A stretch of DNA of 63,835 nucleotides, filler included, from Sphacelaria rigidula (Eukaryota), in the NCBI GenBank assembly GCA_964200075.2. It is 7 parts of 7 records of this genome, joined end to end, with 100 filler letters (N's around TTAATTAATTAA, not from the genome) between each part and the next. Parts side by side here need not be neighbours in the genome. Positions count along the whole stretch, not along the records: positions 18,273 to 27,305 come from CAXNAA020009459.1; positions 27,406 to 36,438 come from CAXNAA020009460.1; positions 36,539 to 45,571 come from CAXNAA020009461.1; 4 more parts are not named here. One strand, written 5' to 3'. This document shows positions 26,096 to 37,367 of the stretch, in pieces. Within the stretch, counting starts at the first letter, position 1. Each line of letters opens with the position of its first letter. The position numbers and the translations under genes were made by a program. Under the pieces are notes generated by a model. The model saw nothing but the letters and a program-made list of their open reading frames with translations. It did not search any database and was not told the origin of the DNA.

Positions 26096-28489
26096 TTAAA
26101 AGTCCTGCAGGCTGGTTCACGCTCATCACCCAATCAACACCCATGGACAAAACCTCGCGCCGCTTTAGGGGCATTGCGTAACTTCCGAAGGTTAAGGTAT
26201 GTTATGATTTTTTACTTTTTCACCGTTTTTCGGGGGTCAGTTTTTTCGGGGAAACATCGATCCAATCGGACCCCCGTAGAACGGTAAAAAAAAAAAACTC
26301 GAAAAACCTCGTTCGTTCAAATATGCGGAATGATCCATAGCACAGTCGTGCAAAATTTCAGGGTCTAACCCCTTCAAACGGCGTGAGGTTTCTCGCTTTT
26401 GTGCGATGAACGTTGACGTGCCGCGGTGAAACCGCACCGTACAACAACGGCGTTTTTGGGCCTTCTTTGACGTGAAAGTGAAAATTCAAGCATCAGTTGA
26501 TCGAGTTTTGCGACGAAATTATGTGGGGTCCTTCCTTGCGTTATGCGGCGACAGCTTCTCTGCGGAAAAATCAAATATATACATCGTAGTGCCGGTTCTC
26601 CGCGGACCCAGAATGCAGACTACTTCGAAAAACGACTTGGATTCCGTTGGACCCCCGAATAACGGTGAGAGCCTCAAGAAGTAGAAAAAACCTCGTCCAT
26701 AGAGAGTTGCCTAATGACACATACAGTAGGGGGCGGTCTCACGGTTTAGGGGTGTTTTGAGGTTCTCCTCGGGTACTACTCTTCGATAGAACTCGAAATT
26801 GCTAGCGTCGGTAGATTTTGGTACAACAAAATAGATTATCTTCGAAACACAGTGTCCAAGTCAGCTCGTTTGTTGTTATCGGGCGAAACGAGTAAATACC
26901 CCGTTCATCAGGAGGGTGTTGTTGACCGTCAAACACAGTTTTTCGTCCCTAGTGCACTGAGTAGGCAGAATTTCAAAAAAAAAAATGTACATTTTTAAAC
27001 AAATATGATCAGGATGGGCTCGATCGACCGAAAATACAGAAGAGTGAGAATCTGGGCTGAATCGTGGCAGGTCCCCCCGATGACCGGTCAGTCCGTAAGT
27101 CACTCAATATTGAGTACAGATGATTTTTTCTTGTTGGAATGTGGAGCGGATACAAATATCTTGAGATCCCCGATGTGATAATGGGTGGCAAGCCAAAAGA
27201 GTCCAATAAAATCGCCAATTACGAAAAAATCAGGGGGGTCTCTGGATTGGAAATGACCAACCCCAACCCCCTACGAGCCCCTTTTTTGGGCCCGATTTTT
27301 TCAACNNNNNNNNNNNNNNNNNNNNNNNNNNNNNNNNNNNNNNNNNNNNTTAATTAATTAANNNNNNNNNNNNNNNNNNNNNNNNNNNNNNNNNNNNNNN
27401 NNNNNCCCGGGGAGCGGTTGATTCTCATTTCAAAATACGTTCTCATTTTTCTGGCAACCCTGTTTCTATGTGTAAGAAAAGGCCGTGGGACCTCTATTAT
27501 TGCTGAATTGATTCCCTTGTTGATAAATGTATATTATACTCTCCACCCAAAACGTGAAAACCCAGAAACGTGCACTGGACGAAAGGGGCGTGGTCAATCA
27601 TAAAAAGCCACTCATGTAGAAAAACAACACGTCAGAGCCTAATTCCTCGGCCACGCGATTGGGCGTGTGCCTCTCAGCGGATTCTTGCTGCAGCCAACAC
27701 ATCGGGTATACCTTTAATAACAGAAATGTATCTCACTACTTGCCATTCACCCATATGTCATGATCCAATCAAAATATCAATTTCCCTCGCATCCAGGCCT
27801 GCTTACATGTATCGATCATTGAGTGTGAGTATATTCGATTAGCCCTCCTACTCACGGCTCAACTCTACTCAAGTCTCAAGTCTCATACTCTCATATTTGA
27901 TCAGCCCTCCTACACACGGCCTAATTCTACTCATGTCTCAAACCCTACTATATAATATTCAATGTTACATTACCAAGCACAAAAAAATCGTCCCACCCCT
28001 GTAAAAACATTTGGTAACGCCCTCTACTTAGCAAAGTGAAATCCCTTCCTTCAGTCCTTTTCCTCAATACGTCATGGCATACTCTTGCTGTTCATCCCAT
28101 CACGCTTTTCAGTACTGGAAAATAATTCGAATTCAAAAGCTCAAATCATTACAAACACAAATGTGAAAAACTCCCAGAGATATATTCATTAAGAATAGAA
28201 AAATTCATCAACAAAACGCAAAGTCGAAAACCAGTCCAGTTTCCGATATTTGCCCAACGTTTGTGTCACCCGAAGTCCATTACCGAAAGCCATTGGAAAA
28301 TATTTTGTCTACAACAACAAAAAAACAAATTCGGTGCCACCCGTCGAAGATAAAATAATTCATTGCAAAATTGAAAATATTGCAACGATGGCCTCGTACC
28401 CCTCCCTACCTTTCCGGGGTGGATAAATGACCCCGAAAAACAAATCAAACCAGCTCAAACCAAACCAATGCACCAGTGTCTTGTAGACT

Positions 28490-30094
28490 CTAAATAATAT
28501 TCATGACAATATTACGGTGAAACTCAAAACACTCTGTCGGCAACACTTTAGTGAGGAAATTTGCATGTTGATACTCCGATCTCACGTGAATAACCGAAAC
28601 CTCATTCCTCTCAACCAACTCCCTGATAAAATGATGCCGTACGTCGATGTGCTTGGAGTTGGAGTTTGTAATTGGGTTCTTTGCCAACTGAATAGCTCCC
28701 TGATTATTCTCAAACACCGGGATGCATGGAATTCCCATCTGCGGCAACATGAAACGCCAAACCTGTCTCAAAAACAATACCTCCTTCAAAATATCTGCCA
28801 TGGCAAGGTACTCTTCTTCCGTTGTGGACAGTGTCACACACTTCTGAGTCCTTGAAAACCGAGACACACATCCGCCTCCACACATGACCAGCCCTCCTGA
28901 TACCGACCGCCTATCAGCTGCCTTACTTGCGTAGTGGGCGTCTGCAAACACATGAAAGCTCAACCCCTGTATACTTCCTCTGCGAAAAGAAATCCCCAGC
29001 GAACTTGTTCGCTTAACATACCCCAAAATACCAGGCGCAGCACGCCAATGACGGTGTTTTGGTGAGGCACAGTACCTCGCTACTGCACGTACTGTGTGAG
29101 ATATGTCTGACCTCGTTTGAGTTGCCAGCCACATCAGTGACCCTATCGATTCCCGAAACGGAAATTCCGTTGCCTGCTCTTCTAGACTGCACTCTTCAAG
29201 CTTCGCACTAACAGCGATGGGGATACTCTGTCCCCACTCTACTCCGTATTCCTTCGGCAACTCTCCTGCGTATGTTTGTTGTGAAATTTTCAGAGTCCCC
29301 CTTGCAATATATCTCTCATGGTACAGCCCAGAATAGCAACGCAAATCGCCGAGGTTCTTGACTGGAACCATCGTCTTGAGATCTTTACCAAACTCGTCAC
29401 ATCTGTCCTTCTCTCCCACTGCGAATATATCACCTACATGTACTACAATGGTGATAATCACCCTGCCATCCTCAATCAACCGAAATACACATGAATCCAC
29501 CAAGCACTGATCAAATCCCAAAACAAATAGACACTCCGCCAGGTGATTATGCCACTGCCTATTTGCTTGTTTCAATCCGTACAAGAGTTTGTTGAGTCTT
29601 ACTATTTTACTAGATAAGCTTCCACAACCAAGTGGCAACCGCATGAAAACATCCTCGTCCAACTCAGACTGTACGAAAGCTTGTTTGATATCAAAATGGC
29701 GCGACGCAAGATTTTGCTCACAAGCCAGAGTCGCCAACAAACGTACGCTAAAAACTGCTACAGTGGGGGCATACAACTCTCCAAAATCTATGTTCTCCCT
29801 CTGCATATCTCCTCTTGCTACTAGTCTCGACTTCATCTTCATGGGCCATCCAAACTCGTCCGCCTTCCAGTTGTATACCCACTTTTCATGGATATAGTTG
29901 TCCACGGGTTGCTCTTCCGCTGAGTCTATCGTCCCCGTCTCCCGAATTCCCCGCCACTCCCACCCTATCGAGTCTCTCCATAAATCACCGTACTCCGGGT
30001 GCACCGCCTGCGTGTACCCGTTGAGGACCTTGAGATCCTTTGCTGGACATTGTGGGAGTTCCGGTGGGATGTGCGGCGGGCGCTGCTCACGCAA
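28490..30094 (-). pseudogene. copia pol: reverse transcriptase and RNase H (534-aa open segment, catalytic motif mutated)
   Basis: Typical RVT_2 and RNase HI motifs. The YVDD box reads HVGDI, so a catalytic Asp is lost. Confidence 0.9.
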
Positions 30095-30899
30095 AGCGGT
30101 ATCTATATCTTCACGTGTCGCCAGCCTCGTCGCGAGTCACATGGGTATCCCCCCGGGCCCCCCTTTCTCACCATCCTTGCCCTGTCGCCCGGCATTAACT
30201 ACGCCGCGCGTGAGGAGAGCAGACAGCAAACATCGCTTATCCAACTGCTGCATGAGTCCCCAGCTTTGGTGCAAGAGTGCAACCTTGTCTGTCTTGTATT
30301 GTGTCGATCCTGACCGCGTCCGCCCTGGCTACCGGGGGTCTGTTTCCAGATCCAGCTCCTTCCTCACGTTGATTGGGAGGAGCGAGGAAGAATGGTCTAT
30401 CACTTCAGGGGCGGATGATGCATCGCGCGACGCAATCGAGGAAGATGCTGACGGTATCGGGGATGGGATCGGGGCCGACGAACCGGAGAAGATTGACGGG
30501 TATGTCGGCGGCGATGAAGCATCGGTGGAATCGACGGGTCCGTCGGCGGCGGCAATACCGGCTGAGGCGGCGGAGTCGGCGGGCGCGGCGGCGGTAGGAT
30601 CGGCTGAGTCGGCTGAGTCTGCTGGCGCGGCGGCGGCGGCGGCGGCTCGAACTCCACTGTGTGATATGTTGGCGGGACCAGCGGTGTGGCGACGACGGCG
30701 GCGGTGCTGCCATGAACCTCCTCCCCCCCGACGAGCGGCGTTTGGACCTTCCCCCCCCCGGCGAGCGGCGTCCCGTGATGCTCTGCTGTCCGCGCGGCGG
30801 CGGCGACGACGGTACTGGAATGGGCCTCCTTCCCCCCAACGATCGGCGTTGCCGATGATTGCAGTGGCACACGTGGTACCGTCCAGACAACATTGATGG

Positions 30900-31887
30900 T
30901 GTAGCAGACTGCACCGGTAGCAGCCTTCAGGACCTTAACCTTCGATGAAGAATGGTTACTGCCATTATTGAGGTACTGGCAGGCCACGGACTGAGCATCC
31001 ATCTTTCCTCGGCGGTTGACCCGCATCATGCCGGGTTGCAGAAACGGCACAATCTGTAGCGGCGGGCGCTTCCCGGCGAACACTTCATACGGCGATAGTC
31101 TTCCCGGGTTCGCCGTAGTAGCGGAACGGTTGAACCCGTCCGCTGCCCACACTGCGGCCTCCAGCTACAGGCGCTCCATGTTCTCCCCCAGGTGAGGTAT
31201 GTCGTCGAAGCGGCACTCCGGAAACAGACGTCGCGCTTCAAGACGGGCGGCGTGGCCCCCCTTCATGGCCCTCCAAATTGCATTTTCCACCATAACGTCG
31301 TGCTTCGAAGTGTCGTGGGCAGTGTACTCACGACGAATCGTTGCATCGTCGCAGAAGGCACCGAAATCGTTGGAGGTGAACTCGCCCCCGTTGTCCATGC
31401 GAAAACCACCGGGGGTACCGATGGCGCTGACGCCGGCGATGAAACGTTTCACCTTCGCCAGCGTGTCAGACTTACGTGCGAGGCCATAAAACATCATGAA
31501 GCGCGACTTGCTGTCGACGCAGCCCAGCATATGGGTTGATGCACCCAGAGTGCGAGGGTGTGGGCCGGTGAGGTCGAGATGCACCCCGCCAAGTACAGTC
31601 GTCGCCCTCATGCCCAGGCTTCGCGGAATACCTGCCCTCTGTCCCTTCGCTTCCAAATATCCAGCACATGGCGCTAGTACCCCTGTCAATATAATGCCCT
31701 GTTGTTTCGCAGTTTCTCGCAGTAACGTCCCATGAATGTGGGGAAGGGAAACGTGAAAATAATTAATGTCGACTTCTTGTTTCGGTTTTCCAAGTGAAAA
31801 TGGGTGAGAGCTGGGGGCAAGAACAGCAAGAGCCGTCCCCTTTTCAGCCACAACTCCCATTCCTTCACTCAAAAAACGCGGAAACAA
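30900..31887 (-). pseudogene. copia integrase (GAG-pre-integrase and rve core), disrupted
   Basis: HVSLPH...CAGYLEAK (HHCC degenerate), VHLDLTGP, FRMDNGGEF, ENAIW. Stop at 31165, continuing WAADGFNRSAT...SPYEVFAGKRP. Confidence 0.85.
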
Positions 31888-31989
31888 ATCTTGGGGGGGG
31901 GCACGTCAAATCCCGCCATCGGGGCTTCATCCTTGAACACACTCAAGTCTGGGCAGTGGAGCCCTTGGACTGCACAGAGGGAACCAACA

Positions 31990-32452
31990 CCGTTGGTGAG
32001 AGCAGGTACAACACTTCCAGGGGAAGCGGACTGTACGCCAACACATGAAGTCACTACGTTCGTCGGAGGAACGGACTGTAATCGAACGCTTGGGGAAGGG
32101 GAAGGAACAACACTTGCGGGTGAAGCGGACTGGAAACCGACACTTGAAGATGCCACGTTCGCCGAAGGAACGGACTGGACACCAACACTTCAAGTTACAA
32201 CGGTCGCCGGAGGAACGGATTGGACACGAACGCTTGGGGGAGGGGCAGTTACAACGCTTTCGGGTGAACCGGTCTTGGCACCAACACTTGAAGTTACCAC
32301 GTTCGCCGGAGGAACGGACTGTAATCGAACGCCTGGGGGAGGGGCAGTTACAACGCTTGCGGGCGAAGCGGACTGGAAACCAACACTTGAAGTCACAACG
32401 TTCGTCGGAGGAACGGACTGGAATCGAACGCTTCGGGGAGGGGCAGTAACAC
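31990..32452. repeat. Coding tandem repeat inside copia pol (alternating 45- and 54-bp subunits, 99-bp dimer)
   Basis: The minus strand encodes repeated SVRFQSVPPTNVVTSSVGFQSASPASVVTAPPP. One copy carries a TCA>TGA stop at 32190. Confidence 0.85.
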
Positions 32453-32584
32453 CTACAGCTAGCACGGCAAGTGGGGAGGTTTCATATGTTGACGGTGAAC
32501 GAGTGGCCCTTTGTAATGAAGACCGCTCATTGCGATCGAAGCGAAGCCGAACGTCAAACATATGTACTCCTGTTTCAGTCAGGA

Positions 32585-34600
32585 CTATACATCCTGCTTC
32601 TTCTGCACTTGGTGCAGAGAAAAAAGGTTGAAATGTATACCTTCAAGAACGTAAACGTCAGTCAGCTGCACGCACGATTCTGAGGACGCACCGACGGATT
32701 TCGGGGCGGTGGAATTTCCCATGTGAAATTCGAGCTTCAAACTCCCCACTGCTCTGACAGGGAGAATTGTTCCGTTCCCCACGATCACGTGTTCTTTTCC
32801 TTTCGGGGGTGGGCGTAAATCAAACAAACCAACCATTGAACCAGTGGTATGGTGTGAAGCACCATTATCACTTATCCACTTCTCTGTACCATCATCCACG
32901 CCAAACCCCGACCCACTCTGGTTAAGCAAAGCAACCCCCAAAGTAAAATCACCGAACTCAAAACGTAACTCGCCTTGGGACACAGAGTGTGCCATGCACA
33001 GGTGAAGCGGCGCAGAGGATGCAGCTGAACCTGAGGAAGGCAGGTTGGAATCAGGTTGGGCATGATGAGGTTGTTGTCGCTGCTGTAGTTGGTGAAGGTG
33101 TTGCAGTTGAAGTTCACCTTGCTGCGGTGATGACTGGATCTGGTAGTTGGTGGCAGCTACGGAGGATTGCGGGGGGTTGCGGGGAAACTGGATACAGTGC
33201 GCATAACCTGCACCGCTGAAGTCGCTGCTATCTCCCAACACCCGCCCGTCTTCATCCGTTCCGTTCCATTGTTGTTCGTCGTGGCTGCTCTCTTCGTACC
33301 CCCCTTGGTCACGGTAAAGTTGCACGGTGTTGACCGATCCGTAGGAATGAGTCCAGGGGGGGGGCTGGTGTCCTCCGTGACAAGGTTGATTCTGGGTGGG
33401 ATTCACATGATGTACCCCCGAATCGATTTGCGGCGTCGCTACTCTACGCCATGGGCAAAACGTATGCATGTGACCCAGTTCGTCGCATGGGATGCATCGT
33501 TTACGGGGGTCGGCGTGGTGAATTGGGGGTTCGTTGCCTACAGGGCGGTATAAACCATCAGGATAAGCTGAATAGTCATACGCACCTTGCGGCGGGTCAT
33601 AGCGCGGTAGCTGGCTGCCTGGGTGGGCATTCCAGCCCCGCGCCCCGAAGCACCGTACCTGTGACCAAATCCACGCCCTGCGCCCCGTCCTCCACGTCTC
33701 GCTTGCTGCTGATGTTGCTGGGGTTGCTGGGGTTGATGCTGCTGTTGTTGTTGCTAAGTTAGCTGCAGTGATTGGGTGTGCATCCTACCGCGTCCACTAC
33801 CCCCACGACCTCCAAAACTGTCTGCACTATGGTATTGCTGCTGGCGAACACCATTCCACGCACCCCGATCACCGCGACTTTCTTGTGCGTGTATGTATCG
33901 TTGTGCGTTGTATTCTGAATCGTCGTGATGGATCGTGTTGTGAACATGGCAAAAAACATCACTCTGCTGCCGACGTCTCTCACCGCCCTGTTGTCGTCCG
34001 TTTTACAGCACGCCCCCACCTCTACCACCCCCAGTGGCAGCGACGAGCGCGTGGCCCTGCTCCCCATCCCGATTCCTGCCTGCCCTACTCCTGGCCAGTT
34101 CCATCTCTCCATGCGCCGTCATCACCTTACGCTCCAGGGTATCTGTTGTTACTTCATCGAAAGCAAGCAATACACCACGGACGATGTCGAAGTCACTTGA
34201 CAGGCGGCGGATGTAGTGCCGGTTGGCGTCTGCATCTGATATCACGACTCCAAGCTTGGTACGGTTGTACCGTATCAATTTCGCTCTGTCGAGAAACATG
34301 CAGGAGTCCTCTCCCAAGTTCATATCGAGGGTCTGCCATTAATGATCCAACTGTGCCTTCTCGGTGGTTGAAGAAACGGTGTAGTAGTCTACAACGTACA
34401 TCCATCCCTCGCTGGGGTTTCCCAGTCTTACAAGATGTTGGACAAGCGGCGCGTATGTAATTGTTTCGACTAGTAGTATGCTCCATTCTCTACTGCCCTT
34501 CCCTACCAGCTCGTTCCCGAACCTTTCGATCAAATCCCGCCCATTATCAAAATGTACCCTAATTGGGAAAGTTGTGTAAAGAGCCTCTTCGCAAAACTCT
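32585..34600 (-). pseudogene. copia gag and aspartic protease, disrupted
   Basis: gag helical domain with stops at 34339 and 33759, Gln-rich linker, CCHC zinc knuckle, protease D(S>N)GASHH...VGNGT...VYVLEGIHFNLFS. Confidence 0.85.
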
Positions 34601-34821
34601 TGCTTAAACTACGCTGTCATCTGTAGCTTGAAAAGTATGAACTTCTCTCTTACTTCCTCACCACTCTTTGCCGTACCATCCCGTGCTGCAATACTGTTAT
34701 CTGAACGTACCCGTTATATGCCAGACTGTGCCATCTGCGCTTGTTCGTGTGTGTGGAGGCGTGCGTCTTGAAATGCTGCTGTCGTATGCGTAGGTTGATT
34801 GCGCTGCTGGGGGGGCGTAGC

Positions 34822-36010
34822 TGAGATCGGAGTATCAACATGCAGATTTCCTTGCTAAGGGGTTGCCGACAGAGTCTTTTGAGTTTCACCGTAATATTGT
34901 CATGAATATTAGGTAGAGTCTGCAAGACACTGGTACATTGGTTTGGTTTGAGCTGGTTTGATTTGTGTTTCGGGGCCATTTATCCACCCCGGAAAAGTAG
35001 GGGTACGAGGCCATAGTTGCAATATTTTCAATTTTGCAATGACATATTCTTTTCTCGACAAGTACGGCCGGATTTGATGTTTTTGTTGCAGACAAGATAT
35101 TTCCCAATGGTTTTTTGCTGTTGGATTTCTTCGACGGGTACGACCGAATCTGATTTTTTGTTGCAGAAAAAATATTTTTCAATGGTTTTTAGTAATGGAC
35201 TTCGGGTGCCACCAAAGTTGCCGTAGCAAATATCGGAAACTGGACTGGTTTTCGACTTTGCGTTTGGTTGATCAATTATTTTATTTTTTTCTAAATATAT
35301 CTCTGAGATTTTTGACATTGTGGTTTACGATTATTTGAGTTTTTGAATTCGAATTCTTTCTCAGTACTGAAAGGCGTGATGGGATGGATGAATAGTATGA
35401 GTATGTCATGACGTAATGATGAAAACGACGGAAGGAAGGAGTTCAGTTTGCTAAGTAGATGACGTTACCGTATGTCTGTTCACGGGTGGGACGATTTTTT
35501 TGTGCTTGATAATATAGCATTGAATATTGTCTAGTAGGGTTTGAGACATGAGTATAATTAGGCCGTGAGTAGGGGGCTAATCGAATATGAGAGTATGAGA
35601 CTTGAGAATTGAGTACGGTTGAGCCGTGAGTAGGAGTGCTAATCGAATATACTCACACTCAATGATCGATACATGTAAATAGGCCGGGATGCGTGGGAAA
35701 TGGATATTGTGATTGGATTATGACATATGGGTGAAGGGCAAATAAGAGATACAGTTCTGTCATTGAAGGTATACCCGACATGTTGGTTGCAGCAAAAATC
35801 TGCTGAAAGGCACACGCCTTATCGCGTGGCCAAGAAATCAGGCTCTGACGTCTTATTTTGGTATGAGTGTCTTTTTCATGAACACCGCCCCCCTTCGGAG
35901 CAGTGCACTTTTCTGGGTTTTTACGTTTTGGGTGGAGAGTATAACATACATTTTTCAATGAGGGAATCAATTCAACAACAGAGGTCCCACGACCTTTTCT
36001 TACCCATAGA
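34822..36010 (+). mobile_element. Inverted copy of the copia 3' end (RNase H C-terminus, 3' UTR, PPT and LTR start)
   Basis: Encodes RSEYQHADFLAKGLPTESFEFHRNIVMNIR* versus RSEYQHANFLTKVLPTECFEFHRNIVMNII*. Colinear reverse complement of 27465-28584 with many substitutions and an extra ~75-bp internal duplication. Confidence 0.9.
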
Positions 36011-36196
36011 CCCTCGCACCGAGTAGGAGATTCAGCCGTTAGGGGTTACGTACTGATATGTTTCCAAACAACACATGCAGCAGCACTAGCGTATGGAGAA
36101 AGAAACAAGCGAAGGAGAGGAAGCCAACTGTATCCAGAAACTATGAACATGTAGCCCTGATTATGCAGCATTTAATGATGCTGCGATAGCCCTGTA

Positions 36197-36399
36197 ATGC
36201 GTGAGAGGACCGCGTGCTTAGAGGACCGCATCGGAATTTGAACATCCCTATGGTTAGGGTTAGGGTCAGGGTTAGTGTTAGGATTATGGTCAGGGGCGTG
36301 GTACCTGCAGGGACCGGCTCGATTGGTTTTGAAAAACGTCGATCCTGAGGTGTTTTGAACCACGGCGCGGTCCTCTCAGCACGCGGCCCTCTCACACAT
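36197..36399. mobile_element. Short TIR element carrying telomere-like TTAGGG repeats
   Basis: TIR GTGAGAGGACCGCGTGCTTAGAGGACCGC / GCGGTCCTCTCAGCACGCGGCCCTCTCAC, with internal GGTTAGGGTTAGGGTCAGGGTTAGTGTTAGG. A second, inverted family member lies at 53835-54069. Confidence 0.8.
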
Positions 36400-37367
36400 C
36401 ACAAGCCCGACGGGTAGGGTAAGGGTGTGGGTCTCGGTNNNNNNNNNNNNNNNNNNNNNNNNNNNNNNNNNNNNNNNNNNNNTTAATTAATTAANNNNNN
36501 NNNNNNNNNNNNNNNNNNNNNNNNNNNNNNNNNNNNNNGTTTTTGGTTTTTTTTTTTGTTTGTTGCTTTTCTTGTTTTCGCTGCACTGGCTCTCTGGGGG
36601 GGGGGGGGGGGGGGGGGGGTATTATACGGGCTGGTCCAGCCTAGACGTGAATTTGTAGTTCGCAGGCCCCGTTTCATCTCGATTTTGAAAGTTGGACTCT
36701 CAAATTTGGTACGGAGAATGAAGTTCTTCTCTTCATGATGTTTTCAGTGAAATGCCTTTAACTCATGAATGAATAAAAAAAACTTCCTTCCCGCATTTTT
36801 TTTTAATCGTGTCCTATCCATTCTCCGAGTTTTTAGTAGCAGGCCGTCGACACATGAAAAAAATTGAAAACTTTCCGCCCCGCAAAATATTTTTCATCAT
36901 TCCCTGTCCATTCTCCGTACCAAATTTGAAAGTCCAACTCTCAAAATTGATGTGAGAACGAGCGATTTTGAAATCGGGCCAGTGGAAATTCGGAACACTA
37001 TATTTGCAGGTCAGTTACCGGTCCAGGTTTGGTACTCGTACTTGTGTTTTGAAATTTCGTGTGAGACCTCGCTAGGGATAACGAATCAAGTGAAGTGGGA
37101 CATTTTTTTTTTAATGAATTAAGGACGTTCTAGCATAGTAAATACAATTTTTTGACGAGAACGCTCTTAGCTCTTGAAAAAAAACGAAGAGCCACTTTTT
37201 TTTTTCCAGCAAACCTCTCCGATTCTTCATGCTAAGTTTCAAATCGCAAATCTAAGAATTGAGCTTTCAGATGAAGAAATAGGTGAAGATTGTAACATCT
37301 TTGAGAATATTGTCCGCGAGACTATTACAATACTACCCATGCCTCGTCCCTACTTCTGCCTCGACAG

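Larger units (their letters stand above)
27465..34820 (-). mobile_element. Decayed Ty1/copia LTR retrotransposon (gag-PR-IN-RT-RNaseH); 5' LTR missing
   Basis: Copia domain order on the minus strand: gag, CCHC knuckle CIPCDELGHMHTFC (~33455-33500), protease WISDNGASHH, integrase HLDLTGP/RMDNGGEF, RT KSRLVARG/HFDIKQAF/LYGLKQA, RNase H SKHIDVRHHFIRE. Long 3' UTR and a purine tract GGGTGGAGAG at 27539-27548. Confidence 0.93.

Noticed and set aside
27445..27463. CAGGGTTGCCAG (minus strand), resembling a hAT-type TIR that truncates the copia LTR
   Set aside because: Only ~55 bp remain before the contig end, so no second TIR or target-site duplication can be checked.
29898..30896. 332-aa plus-strand ORF (and other plus-strand ORFs at 31.2-34.5 kb)
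   Set aside because: Antisense shadows of GC-rich copia pol/gag sequence; no independent motifs.
36252..36295. True telomere
   Set aside because: Short, degenerate, internal and enclosed by TIRs.
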